64,000 bases of DNA from Haplodiscus bocki (Eukaryota): NCBI GenBank assembly GCA_965655095.1, contig OZ296657.1:26970001-27034000 (forward strand), given 5' to 3'. The notes beneath the pieces were generated by a model that was not told where the DNA came from, did not search any database, and worked only from the letters and a program-made list of their open reading frames with translations. The translations under genes and the position numbers were made by a program. Positions 40,093 through 52,892 of the stretch are shown in pieces; positions within the stretch are counted from its first letter, which is position 1, and the number at the start of each line of letters is the position of its first letter.

Positions 40093-40118
40093 ACATCACA
40101 GTAGGTGACAAAAATTAG
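39687..40118 (+). CDS. Intact LTR-encoded ORF, 143 aa (probable gag N-terminal segment), last 8 codons from flank
   Basis: ATG start, no stops; homologous to 52936..53301 and the 19935 relic (RKLAA, QVSEEIE, KKLS, ILGALSKLDEFL, NDP). Confidence 0.6.
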   Translation: MATLRNKRKLAAVSRETPENTRNGQSQNTLNPEMAQEYISQVSEEIEGRVTKKLSTEFSRTESLILGALSKLDEFLLSPQIRTCSVAVPGTTRNSDSGNREPNGDRSRNDPCPEARISSHHSGNLNSSEVEEYPHNITVGDKN

Positions 40119-41559
40119 GCATGGAACGTTTAATATGAAGCATCCAAAATCATTCAAAAAATGTTTGTAACATAAAAAGTCTCACAAACCTTTCCTGCTT
40201 TTCAAATAGGGTACGGACAATGCACTGATGCTAAAGTCACTGGATTCAATACTGGTCAGCTATACATAGTGTATATAGTCTGGGGTGGAGAATGCTCATT
40301 TGGTCCCTTTTCACATTAATATCCGTCATTTGAATGAATGCAGTAGAAAAAGCAGCAGTTCAGGAGATACATTTCTAATTTAGAAATCGTCACAAAAACA
40401 GAAATATTCCACAACTACACAAAATGTTACGTTAAGATATGCAATAATTCCGACGTCAAAAATCGTCAAGGGACCCTACAATAGGTGTTCTCAGTTTACC
40501 TCAAAAAAGATGAAACAAGTTTTTTAGATTTACGCACAATCATGAGACGTAACAACGCGTGATACGACAATTGCAATGTCTCAAACGAATCTGCAACCTT
40601 CCATGGCATGAAGAAGTGTGATAAATGACATGAACTCGTGCTATTGTGTTGTACAAATGGCGAAACGTCTTCACACGTCCGTTACGAATATTTTGCCCAT
40701 CTCTTACTGAAAGTGAATGCGTAAAATTTCCTAACTTTGCTTTACAAACTTGCACTGTCTCTAAGTGTAGTTGTAAAGTCCTATTGAACGCCTGATGGGA
40801 CCATTCTGGCCTGCAACTGTTTCTATCACCTCACTTTTGACAAATAACACAGTTTTTTGTTCTCTCCTTGATCTCCTAAGAAACTAAAAACGGCAAAACA
40901 GAAGAATATCAGGGAGCTTCCCCTGAGTCAGAGAAGACAAGCACTGGTAAAATTGAAGATTGAAGAAATCAGAAGAAAAAATCTCCGAGATGTTCAGCCA
41001 CCGACTCCCAGAAAGATACTATTGCGTTGGGACTAACGCTCAAACCTTACAAAACATGAAAGTTATGAACTTTGATATAACGGAAGTTGAAATTAACCCG
41101 GAGAAGCTTCGACGATAAACGAAAAAATCGACAATTAATATTTCTCAGATAAAAACCCAAGCTGATTAATTCAGTTTATAAATTTGCTATTTAAACTTAA
41201 TTTACGAAATTTGCGAGACTGCAAAGTAACTGAAAATGAACTACCACACAGACTAGAAGGAAAGTTGCGAAAACCCATGGTAAAGACATACACATCTCCC
41301 AACTCTGCCGAGCGATAAGGAACAAAATTGTCGACTGAACGGATAGAAGAAAGTTGAATAAGAAAAAATTAACGTCACTACGGCGGCAAGGTAAAACTGA
41401 TGGACAGCTCGATTTAGTCAGTTAAGTTTGCACAACCTCAAGATTTAATTTTACAGAAACAAAAAATCTAAATCACGCAGCTTAGCGGGATTCGCCCATT
41501 GGCTGCATAACAATAATGCACGGTCACCTGAAGGATCACGTGACCAAACTGAGTGTTAA

Positions 41560-42400
41560 TGCCCAGTGCTGAGTCATAAATTTCAGTTGCTCCCTCCCGC
41601 TCACAGCCTATTTAGACGAAGCGAAACTCTTTTCCACTACGCCTTCACTTCAATTTTTGAATCTTTTCGTCAACTCTCTTTTCTTCCATTAAGCGAGCTG
41701 AAATCTGCTATCTCAATTTTGCCTCAACCTGAAATTTTTCTGAGACATTTATGAAACATGTCTCAGCCGCAATTCAACCATTCTGTTTTGAAATTTTTCA
41801 AGACATTTCCGAAACTTGTCTCAGCTGCTATTCAAACATATCGTTTCGAAATTTCTCTGGGACAATTATAAAATTTGTCTCAGCCGCTATTCAACCATTT
41901 TGTTTTGGAATTCTTCTGAAACATTTCCAAAATATGTCTCAGAAGCAATTCAACATTATTGCTTCGAAATTATTCCACGACATCTCCGAAACTTATCTTA
42001 GCCGCAATTCATCATTATTGCTTGCAAAATTTTCCCTGATTCTTCCAGAGCTTGTCTTAGCTGCAATTCAACATCATTGCTTCTAAATTATTCTAAGACA
42101 TCTCCAAGACTTGTCTTAGCCGGAATTCAGCAATTTGCTCCAATAATAAAACATAATCACAAAACTTGTAGCAACCGCAGTTCAACTTTATTGCTTCGAA
42201 ATTACTATAGAATTTTTCCAAAACCTGTAGCAGCAATTTGCGACGAGACGCAGTTTAACTCTATGGCCAAAACCAATGTATTCTTCCATTCAACTTTGGT
42301 ATTTGTATATTATGATTTTGCTTTGATCTAGTAAAGTTAATCTCACAAGTCATTTTCTTTCAATATTTTTTCTCGATGAGTCGCGAAGGAATTGCCGCGT
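41560..42400 (+). mobile_element. LTR-like repeat with internal minisatellite (homolog of 59940-60906)
   Basis: Shared head gcctattt....cga.gcgaaactct.ttcc and tail ctcacaagtc.tt..ttcaat. Confidence 0.5.
41731..42235 (+). repeat. ~59-bp minisatellite, ~8.5 copies
   Basis: Unit gaaatttttctgagacatttatgaaacatgtctcagccgcaattcaaccattctgtttt. Confidence 0.85.
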
Positions 42401-44575
42401 TCGATATAGAAAATGACTAGGGGAAATCGCCAAGGTCCCGCTTAAAGTGAGCTTTCCTTGAGTCTTAGTTAAAACTAACCTAGTTTAAACCCTCTAATAA
42501 ATCGGGAGTTTATTTCACGACTTGGATACTGGGGGAAAAATAGGATACTTTAACAAATCGCTATGCTGATGCAAGTACTGACTCGTTAACAAAAAGCTAA
42601 AAGTGTATTTCTGTCTTCAAACTATTTTGCATGTAATTCACTCGTCGGCGGTTTATGCTTGACAAAAAGAGGACCTAAGTAGCTTGATTTGTCCGACTGC
42701 ATTTTTGGAATGTTACTGAGTTGTAGATAAAATTGAATATCACGTCCGTTAATTCCAATTTGTTTAACTCTTGGCTTGCACCTATTTGGGAATTAAAAGA
42801 AAAAATAGATTGACTGGTTCTACCGCATGTTACCAAAATCTCAGCTAAAACAAGTAAGATAAGACATAAAAGTAAAACTAAAAGAAACAAAGGGAACTAT
42901 TTGAGCTAGAAACTACGAATGTAGTCAATTATCCTAGCTGAAAACGAAGAAATGTTTCCTCAAATTAGTCCTTAAGTTTGATGAAATTCCAATAATTTCA
43001 TGAAATTTTTGTAAACAAAACTTATCGACGATTGTATGGTCGTTTCTGTGAGTTCTTTATATTCTAGATAAATTTTTTTCTTATAATTTAAACGGTAAAT
43101 TACTGCGGATTTATTTTTTATTTTGCAACATCCATCTTAATTTGAAGCAAAACTAGCACATGAGCTGCAATTGAGTGTGATGCAGGTTACTCCCACGCCA
43201 CTTACTACGACGTCCCTAGGCTAATTCGATCTCTCCAGATTCCGAGAGCCCTTTGATCAAAACTCGAAGAACACTCGGCGACGAAAAGGTGAAGTTGTCT
43301 AACCACGCTAATTTCAAGCGACTGGTTAGCTTATCAAAACTTGTTGTTAATGACAAATTTTGCTCTATAATCAAAAGTTCGATAAGCCGGAACTCCTTTC
43401 TCCCGAATTGAGCCGTACATGATAATTGGAATATGCTTGAATTTATTATCTGGCTCCTGGACTACGAATCCAATACTCCCTTTTAAAAATTGAGTAACAG
43501 TGGCCCAATCGTTCAGCGCTTCAACATTTACCCGATAATACGACCCAAAAAATTATCGATATTCTCGTCAAGAGCTACTGGTGAAGGTGTCATTTCTGGT
43601 TCTGGTAAGTTTTATCTAACGGAAGTGCATTTCTGAATCTCATTTGTTGTGGAACTTGCTCTGGCAGAGGGGGTGGTTGGGGAGAATTTGAATGTGCCGT
43701 TAAAAAAATTCAAACTTCCCGAGTTATTCTTTCAAATGATTCAAATTGAAGAAAATTTTGAAAATCGGAAAAGATTTGGTAAATAATTTATGTTATTGAA
43801 AAGAATGTTTCTTAAATAGCAAGAGTGCCACCAAACTTGGATAATTTGGATTGCTCATATCTAGCCCCTAATAGTCCCACTCTTTCGAAATTTCATCTTG
43901 TCTTGTGCACATTTACATTTAATAGTTTCTTTGCCATTTCCGTATATTCATCAAATTTTTCATCGTTTATTTTGTACTCTTTCTTCGCTCACCAAGTTTT
44001 TGCTGCTAGAATTTACGGAACTTTGTCTGCGCGGTTTAGCAAGGCAAATTTACACATCTACATTGGTAATGCCGAAACTTTTTCTAATACTCCCTGCTCA
44101 CGCCAAAGCAGTTTACCTCGCACTAATTCTAACGGAATCTGCTCCGTAAAATTGATTGAGGATTGAATATGCTCAATGAAAAGTTTTTTTTAGAAAATTA
44201 AAACGCCGAAAAAAATGCCATACTCGTTCTATTCTCCCAGCTTGTTAAATTCGAATCATAAACATGACAATTTTCGAACTTGAAGTTTGTGGTGAATAAT
44301 CAAGTGACGATTGATCGAGAGTTTTCAGTTTGACAAATTTGTAGAAATGTTGTAAATTCACAACTTTATAAGTTGAAAACTTTGTTGACTTTCATAAGCA
44401 TCTGTAGATGCATTCAATGCAGTAATAACTGTACATGCCGTGCACTCAAGTTACAATTCGACATTTCAATCGATCCTAAAATGTACAAAATAAGGTAATG
44501 AGGTGTACGTCTAATATCGAATACCGTAGGCTTTGATATTAAAAATTGAGAGACGATGTCGCCGAGTTAAATGTA

Positions 44576-44661
44576 GTCTTTTATTGGTTTTTACGTATAT
44601 TTGATTTTTATTGATTCTACAATCAATAAAATCAAATATACACAAAAACCAGTAAAAAGAC
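44576..44661. repeat. Near-perfect hairpin, 41-bp arms, 4-nt loop
   Basis: gtcttttattggtttttacgtatatttgatttttattgatt-ctac-aatcaataaaatcaaatatacacaaaaaccagtaaaaagac. Confidence 0.85.
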
Positions 44662-46699
44662 GGTGAAAAGATTAATAACGGTGTTTCTCTGGGTGAACAA
44701 TAGTAAAAAATTTAACATTATCGCCAATTTTTCTGTATGTATAATTTCATGTAATAATTAAGCCGTTACGAGATATAGAATACGGTAGTTGTACCCCTGA
44801 ATCTCCTTTTTAACAATGATAAAGATGAAATTTCATATTTCATGGATCACTTCTGAAACAGAAGAGCAAACTAATTATATATTTTGAACCATAAAGAAAA
44901 TTTCTCGGTGCAGTTTCGTAGTTTAATTTGATAAATTGATTGATTTTGATCTAAAAATGACCGTACCAACTGTTGTGTCAGTATTGCTTTGCTTTAGCAA
45001 CATTTTGGAGTTTTTCAGCATTCAATATCCGACAAATGTAACTCAGGTGAACTTCTCAAAAGAACGCACACTTTTTACAAATCAAAAATTTTGAAGTATG
45101 CATTTATTTTCACACGATTTACAGCTTAATCATCCATGTTTTAAGCCTTTAATGGTTTTAAGACTTTGATGTTTTTCATCAGAAACCGCCATCTCTTGAA
45201 CTAGAAGCTTCTAAGGAGGTGATTGTACAGTAGTGTTTTGAATTAAGAGAACTCTTAATAAAAAAATCAGCGTTTTTGAAGCTCAAAATCTCAGAACGTA
45301 ATAAGTTTAGAAAAAAACTGTAAAAGCAAAAGTTTCTTCGATTTTTAATAAGATTACAAAGGTCTTTATTTCATCGAAATCGGACAAGAACCCCAAAATC
45401 TTTGATACCCCTAAGTTTCGGCATTTTTTGTCATTTTTGCACTTTTTGAAAGCTTTGAGTGGCTCAATGGACAAGTAATTTCAAAATAATGCACCTAAAA
45501 GAACCTTTACAATCCTTCAAGGCCATGATAAGCAAATCCGACCCAAATTTCACTCCCTTTGAAAAATCTCGTTCTGATGTTGTGATGTCTTGTTATCCAT
45601 GCATTAAAAATTGAAATTTTCAACCCTCGAAAAGTGTTGAGAGAAACAGTACGCACCATTTTGTAGCCTTGAATCTTTCCTAAAAAATTTTGACCTCAAC
45701 AATTTTTTGAGATCTGAACTCCGAAAAAGATAAGCCTTTTTATAATTGAATATATAGAAAATTCATTTCAGCTTTGTAGCGTAAACTTTTAAGGAATTCA
45801 TTTTTCTCAAAATTGTAAAAATCAAAGGTTTTCAGAGAGCTTCAAAGCTACAAAATTCTGAACGCTTTTCCGATTATGAGATTTTTCGAGAGAAACCTCA
45901 AATTTGGTCAAAAATGGCCCAAATTGAAATATTCATAACTTTTCAATTGTTGGTCCTATTTCAAAACAAAAAACACTAATAAAATCTTAAGGAAAATTGA
46001 AGAAACTTTTCTTTTAACTGTTTTTCGTGAAACCATTGCGCTTTGAGAAAATATGTTCCAATATTTCTCAATTTTTGTGATCAGGATTTTCACTTAACTA
46101 AAATCAGAATGTACACCTCTAGGACTTATTGAGTGTTCCGAATACATTTAAATAGGTAAACTCTTTGGTAATCTATAAGTCCATGATTTGCATCTAACAT
46201 TTTAGAATAGAATTGTGGACAATGAAGAGTTGATCCAAGTATTCATGTGAACACCTTTGTAGTTTTTTAGCTTCGCTGTCCCGCCGTCGGAGATAGAGTG
46301 GACGTCGCTCATCCACACTATTCAGGCGGTCAATTTGTTTTCTAATCAAGATGATCGGAAAATTCCGGAAAATCGAATCAAGGATAAACAAGCACAAAAA
46401 ATCCCTTGAGTTCAAAAACCTAGTAACTCTAGTTGACCTGGAGCTGCTTCAAAGCGGCCTACCATTTTTCATTTTCCAAATCAGTTTTTCACAAACCCAT
46501 ATTCATTAACACATTCTCAATTTTCACATTCTGATGTCCTTTCGTTTAACTGGAACAGCATTAGTGTTTGCAGCTGCACTATTATATCCGCCGTTGAAAA
46601 GTACCAGTTTTCGGTCTCCAAAACTGTCAGATTTTATGAACTATGTAGCAAAAGTCACTTTTCGGTGAATAGCTTGTCACATATCAGAAGGTATCTTTA

Positions 46700-47160
46700 A
46701 TCGTTTTGCTGCCCATGTCCTGAGTGTGAAACCCCGATAGGAAACTGTTTTTAGTCGGCGCTTTTTAGAAGAAAATTGCCCCAGTATTTCAGTGACTTTT
46801 TCTCGCGAGATACGTTTCCTAGTTTCGAATCGATCCACTGTTCTTTTCATGGTCGACCCACGCTTCGGTAAAACTTTTTTTCGTACAACGCTTTTTTGGG
46901 GAGGGATGAATATTGCGAAACACTGAAGGGTATCCTTATAACGTTTTTTGGGAAATTTCCGACTGAAATAGTATTACTCCCTTTAGTTTGAAGCCAAAGT
47001 TTTTTTCAAAACAAAAAGGTGCATCTACGACGTTTTTCGGCACTGTGAAACAAAAAAATGACGTTAAAATTGTGACACTCCTCTATGGTTTATTCAATTT
47101 TTCGTGTCTGATCGATGGATCACGCCGACTTGGATCTGTGCTCTGCTTGTTACTACAATC
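46700..47160 (+). mobile_element. tRNA-derived SINE-like repeat, body copy
   Basis: Colinear with 58630-59100 (ttttagtc.gg.gctttttag.agaaaa, gatccact, ggtcgaccca). Confidence 0.55.
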
Positions 47161-48416
47161 CCTCGCTCAACATACCGCCAGAAATAATTTAAGAAAGTTA
47201 CACCACTTAAGACACACTTTTAGAATCTTCATGATCTTCTATAGAGACGGAAACAAAAAATATCAGCTTCTCTACAAAGAAAATTAGGGGTATTTTACAG
47301 CGTTTTCGTGACAGACCAGCAATTTTCAATGAATAAGCTCAAGTTGCTGGATCCAGACTACAATGAGTCTACTGTACATCATCTATTCAGATGCTACGTT
47401 CACATTTTGGTTTGTTTCAGTTATTTATCACCTGGGTTACCTGTTGTTTTTTCAAAAACGTGTTTATAACTTTGAATGATAAACTATTTATGCAAAGCAG
47501 CGTACAACTTCAGCAAAGTATGCGACAATGTAACAGAATATTTCAAAGGACAAAATGTTGCTACTTACGTAAACATATATAACACGGTGAAATGAACTTG
47601 TTAGTACACAGTGCTAGGTATGCCCAGCAGATTAGGCGTGAATCCCCATAAAAATTTCCTTTTAAGGGAGAACAAAACGTAGAAATATAATGCGTAAAAC
47701 TAATATGGAGAAAGGGAGGTTAGAGAAAATTAACTCCTTTCTCAGAGCGGCATCCGGGATATCGAATGTTCCCCTTGTGTGCTTCTGTAGATTCGAATAT
47801 GAGGATTAATATTCGGATGAAAATGTTGTAAATGGTGGTAGTGAAAAAATCCGTGGATACATTTCATAGGAGGATTTGGCTACGCTATTACACCCCTCCC
47901 CCCTATCGCCGATATGTATAATACAGGTAGAGAGTATAAAAATGATACAGTGATAGGAAGATGTTAATAGTGATTACCAGGCCGGTTATGAAGGATATAA
48001 GACAGTTAAACTTGTAAATGGTGAAAAAATCTGAAAGCACGCAAAACGATTGTTTATCCTAGTAAAAAGATGAAATTGGCTGTATGCTCTTCCTCCACGA
48101 CGAAGGCAATTCAGTTGTAACAAATGGCATCAAAATGTTCAAATGTGTTCACAACTCCGGAAATGAGCGGAAAATGATTCGAGAATTTGTATCGTTAACA
48201 CGGACGGAAAAAGGCAGCTATAGTTTCCGTAATACTCAAAGGAAGCTTCACTTTTGTTCACCTTGCATGATTGGATCACAACTATTTCAAGTGAAAGCAG
48301 GTATTGTTGACAACTTTAAGTTATAATTTCAAGCCAGTAATTATACTCTATTCAAAAAGAAGGCAGGAGACACACCCACATTAATACCATTCGATTGGCT
48401 TTCTAAATGTCGCTTA

Positions 48417-48565
48417 GGTGTCAGGACATTTCACCCCGAAGACATTTCACCCCAGGACATTTCACCCCGGTACATTTCACCCCGAAGACATTTCACCCCG
48501 AAGACATTTCACCCCTCGGACATTTCACCCCACGGACATTTCACCCCACGTACGTTTCACCCCAC
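48417..48565 (+). repeat. Left TIR: 9 tandem 15-16-bp ACATTTCACCCC units
   Basis: Seen directly. Confidence 0.95.
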
Positions 48566-48857
48566 TTTTTGAAAAACGAATACAATGAGCCAAGCGGAAT
48601 GAGAAGAAAGAACAGCTATTGCGTAATTGATGTGTAAATAATAGAACAAATTCGATCAAAGGCCTTGACCTAAAAGCTGCCCTTCACTTTTTGAACGCAT
48701 ATTAGTAAACAACGATAAACAAGCATTACGTCATCAACGCAAAATTCTTTTGATATGCCAATCACAAATTGTGACGTTTTAACACAGCAAAAGCTTGTTT
48801 ACGTTACTTATACCTACACACATTTCTACTGATGAACGAATTTTTCACAGCGTCATG

Positions 48858-49167
48858 TAGCATGAGTAGGCAAGTGGTAAAGCAGTTGCCAGTGGGCTGA
48901 TATACATGAGTTCGTTTCTAGTCTAGCCCCCGAATTTTTCTAAAATATTCAAGACTTCTGGAATCCCGATTTTCCCAGATTCCCTGTATCCGGGACTTGG
49001 AAGATCGGGATGGGGTGAGGGGGAGAAGGAAAAAACCCTGATATTGTCCTAATTACTGTGTTAAATTTTCGCTGGGAAAAGCCTTGTAGTTTTCGAGAAA
49101 AGTGAATTTTTTGAAAATTCAGGCACGATGCACGCAAAATTTATAATAATTTAATTTATAATAATAA
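48858..49167 (+). mobile_element. Possible tRNA-derived SINE nested in the MULE
   Basis: A-box TAGGCAAGTGG (48867), B-box-like GAGTTCGTTTC (48908), (TAA)n-like tail at 49142-49167 abutting the transposase truncation. Confidence 0.4.
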
Positions 49168-50039
49168 TGGAATGGTACAAATTTTTCAGCCCGAGTTCGC
49201 CTATTTTGCGGATAAAATTTTGCGATAAATGGAAGAAGCATCCCGATATATTAGCGTTGGGTAATGCCTTTTCGAAGGCTTTCATAGCAGCTAGCTCAAA
49301 ATCAATCAAAACTTTATCGGGGGCTGCATTCGGGAGGAGCGACAACAGAATATCCAGAAAACGTTTATATGTGCTTTCTGTTTTGTTTGGTAAAAATCCG
49401 TACACGCAAGCTGGCGCTATTCCAGGACCCTGAATGTGAACGGTGTACAGCTGATAAAACATTTTTGGGCTCAATTTAAAAGTCCCATCTGCCAGCCATG
49501 ATGGAGATGACTGCAAATATTTAATCATTTCATTGTCGCCGAAAACCATTATCCTTACATGGTCTTCTTTTCCAGTGTCGTGCACCAAAAAAGAATTAAA
49601 TTCTTCAGGCACGTCGAAGTTTCGGCTTGCCGGGTCTGGGAATTGAATCAAGTCCTTTTTCTGTCTCACTCGTTGAGAAACTTTGAAGAGACTGGCTTTA
49701 GAGGGCAGTGTCAATTGCGTTGCGTATTCGTCCGTGACTTCCAGCAATGCTGATGCAACTGAAACTGCGGGGGTTGAAACTTCACTTAATTCTTTGATCT
49801 TCTTGGAGACTTTTCTCGCTCCGACTTTTCCCAAGCAAATATCGTGGTTGTGGTTCCCTCGAATCGAAATCAGCTGCTCCCCACTTGTAATTGCAGAGGT
49901 TCGGCAGCTGAGTGTCTGATATTGGGCACAATTCCAAGCTGTGGTTAACTTATTCTCTCTTTTTTTTGTAATATTCGTAGCCGTCGACTACCAGAATTGT
50001 TTTCGATTTGCTAGATTGCACAAACTCAATGCTACTCAT
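49151..50039 (-). pseudogene. FLYWCH + MULE DDE transposase, frameshifted and 3'-truncated
   Basis: MSSIEFVQS..DGYEYYKK|..AWNCAQY..CRTSA..NHNH (FLYWCH); WLADGTFK..FYQLYTVH; YGFLPNKTESTY; IDFELA; GCFFHLSQ. One extra base in the A8 run at 49960-49967. Ends after LKNLY with no third catalytic Glu region. Confidence 0.9.
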
Positions 50040-50335
50040 TGTCGTGTTGTTTTTGAGTTCAGTTGTTTAGTGAATGAGTTTGAGATACCTTTTCACTTCG
50101 TGGTTTCACACCTTGCTTTCACATTTGATTTTCACAAAAAACACACGCAGCGAAAATGATTTGCGTCGCTTTTTTGAATTGCGTCTACTTATTTAATTAA
50201 GTTGCATCTACAAACGCGGAAATATTAATGTCTTCATTAAGAACGCTAATTACTTTTAATCGATGGGCATAAATATATTAATGATTGCTACTGGTTTATA
50301 CAGAATGTTGTTAGGCCACACTAATTATTTAATTC

Positions 50336-50514
50336 GGAGTGACATGTCCCTGGGGTGAAATGTACTTGGGGTGAAATGTACGTGGGGTGAAACGTACGTG
50401 GGGTGAAACGTACGTGGGGTGAAATGTACGTGGGGTGAAATGTACGTGGGGTGAAATGTACCGGGGTGAAATGTCCCGGGGTGAAATGTCTTCGGGGTGA
50501 AATGTCATGTAACC
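50336..50514 (-). repeat. Right TIR: 10 tandem GGGGTGAAA(T/C)GT units plus one degenerate unit
   Basis: Seen directly; inverted relative to the left array. Confidence 0.95.
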
Positions 50515-52892
50515 GTCGCTTAGCAGTCTGAGCTGCCCTGCCCCGTATTCACTCGAGTGAAAAATTACCCATAAAAACTGCAATTGCTCAGGAATTGAGG
50601 TAAAATATTTCATCACTGCTTTAAAGTGAAAACCATAGTTTACTCAAACCGCCGCAAATATTGAACAACTGTTCATTTAGTAATTAAGACATAATCAGAG
50701 GTTTTTCAGAGGCATGGAAAATTTTAGTTTTGAACCTGATTTCTAAGTAATAACCAATTTGCAACCAGTTTTTGGACAAAATAAAGGTTCTTAAAAAGAA
50801 TCCGTCTTAGTTGTTGAAACCAATGGCGTGACGTGACGTGTTCTGAAAAAATGGCAAAAAGCAAAAAAAAATCCTAACCAGTTATTAAACTAATAGTATT
50901 TATGTAATATTATCTATGCTTTTCAAGATTCAAGCAGTTCCTTCTATAAAAATGATTAAAAACAATGAAAAATGGTTCAGCCAACAACAAATACCATAAA
51001 TATAGCTTGTTCAACTCTTTCAAATTGTGAAGTGTCAACAACAAGGCTGAAACGTTGACAAACTCGTGTTTTCCTCAAATACGGAACTTAATAGACCTGG
51101 TTGACCTAACATGATAGCCATACAACATCCAGTTTATGGACCATACACTTCCATACAAAAACAAAACAGTTAAAGATCTTGCAATGACATTCATGACAAT
51201 CATTTTATGACTTGCCCGTCTACCATATACGTTACTGATCAATTATTGAATCGCATGACATCATAGAATGACCATTGAATGACTGCAATGACAATCTTAA
51301 TGACCAGTTACTGAACTGCATGACATCATGTAATGGCCATTGAATGAACTCAATGACAACATAAATGGACTGCAAATGGCATTGATGATCACCATTTCTG
51401 ATCATTGAGTAAACCTCTTCTGATCAAAATCTGACATTCAGCTTGCTGGACGTCTGTTTAGTCTCAACTGGCCAAGTACAAGGTCTTGACACTTGGAGGG
51501 CCACCAACGAGCAGGTGTAAAGCTGCCCCCAAAATAACGAAAAAAGTTGAAACCAGCTCCAAGATTACAATAATTTAGATGAAATTCTGCTATCAACCGA
51601 GTCATACAATGGTTAAATGAAGCCATGAAAGTCATAAACTGTGCCATTTTATGGACTCTATAAAAACGCCATGAAATACTTTTTTCTTTATGGCATAGTG
51701 CAGGACCTTCATGTTCTCATACGCCACCAGAAATGACATTGTATGAGTTCAATGATTTTAATGGAGGTCAATCCGAAGGAGCAACAAAAAAGTCCAAGAA
51801 AAATTTAAAAAGACGGCCGTTTGCATGGGCATATTTTTGCTGATATATGATTAATGATATATTTGATGATATAAATTCATTTGAATGATATAAGTTTCTC
51901 AAAATATTTATACTCAAATGGTATTGTGGGTAAGTAATTAGTTGTCGCAGACAAAAATTGGAGCCTCGGATCTCTTTCTTTTCATTTTTTAAAGTTTCCA
52001 AAGATGAAGATTTCGGTTGTATTATCTGTCTACTTAATTTTATTACAAGTAAAATTGGGATATTTTGTCTGCAAAAAAAGAAAAACGCCCATACCAATCA
52101 TACTAATTTTCTTTCGGTTTTTTAAAAGATGGGACGAAAAATATTGAAATATTTAACACATTACAACATGTCATGCATTATCCCCACACCGGTTGACACT
52201 TCATGTATCGCCATCTATGATCACTGACATGACCCATGGATTGCTATGGCATCTTTAGCAAAACCTCTTGGATGTTTCACGCATGATGATCCATGAATTT
52301 CAAAAAGTGATGACAAAGTGGACTACATTGAAAACTGGAAAAAAAATTCATGATTTCGGAAAGAAAATGCGTTTCAATCCAGAAAATCCATTATACTCAA
52401 CTCTGCAAACTTCCCATAAATTACAGTCTTGAGAAAATTCTGATTTTTCCACAAAAACGGAACACTGGTGAAAATAAATTGCAAATGGTAATTTTTTCAT
52501 CAGCTGGCAAAGTGTTTTTACCTAAATATTCCTCATTACTTCCAAACATTGAATCAAATCAAAATCACACGTGTCAGAATTTTTTGAAGTTAAAGTTAAA
52601 GAAGCAAATTCCCGCAATCCCCTTAAAAAGTCTGATCATAATGAATATCAGCTGATATGTCCCAAGTGATTCACGGATATGACATAAAAATGCGGCCTTT
52701 AATTGATTTCGTGATATTTTTTCCAGAAAAGGTCCTATTTTTGTTCTATCTTCCGCTCTCAACTTGCCGGATGCTGTTAATATTGCATATGCAATATTCG
52801 AGAATCATGGATCATTTATTTGATTCTAATGAGCACTTTCAGCTCGAAAAAACTTATTGACTAAGTTATCATTAAGTTCCGTGAGTGGTCAA

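Larger units (their letters stand above)
48417..50514 (-). mobile_element. MULE (Mutator-like, Phantom-type) DNA transposon, non-autonomous
   Basis: TSD GTCGCTTA at 48409-48416 and 50515-50522; termini GGTGTCAGGACATTTCACCCCGAAG / GGTTACATGACATTTCACCCCGAAG; encloses a FLYWCH-MULE transposase. Confidence 0.92.

Noticed and set aside
41731-42235. CRISPR or repeat-protein gene in the 59-bp array (also 60171-60440)
   Set aside because: Whole units repeat without unique spacers; periods of 59 and 61 are not multiples of 3, so the ORFs are incidental.
48417-48565. CRISPR-like short repeat arrays (also 50336-50514)
   Set aside because: Units are directly adjacent with 3-4 bp linkers and no unique spacers; they are the inverted termini of a MULE with a TSD.
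51180-52330. ATGAC/CATG-rich stretches as a structured array
   Set aside because: No consistent period or termini could be defined by eye.
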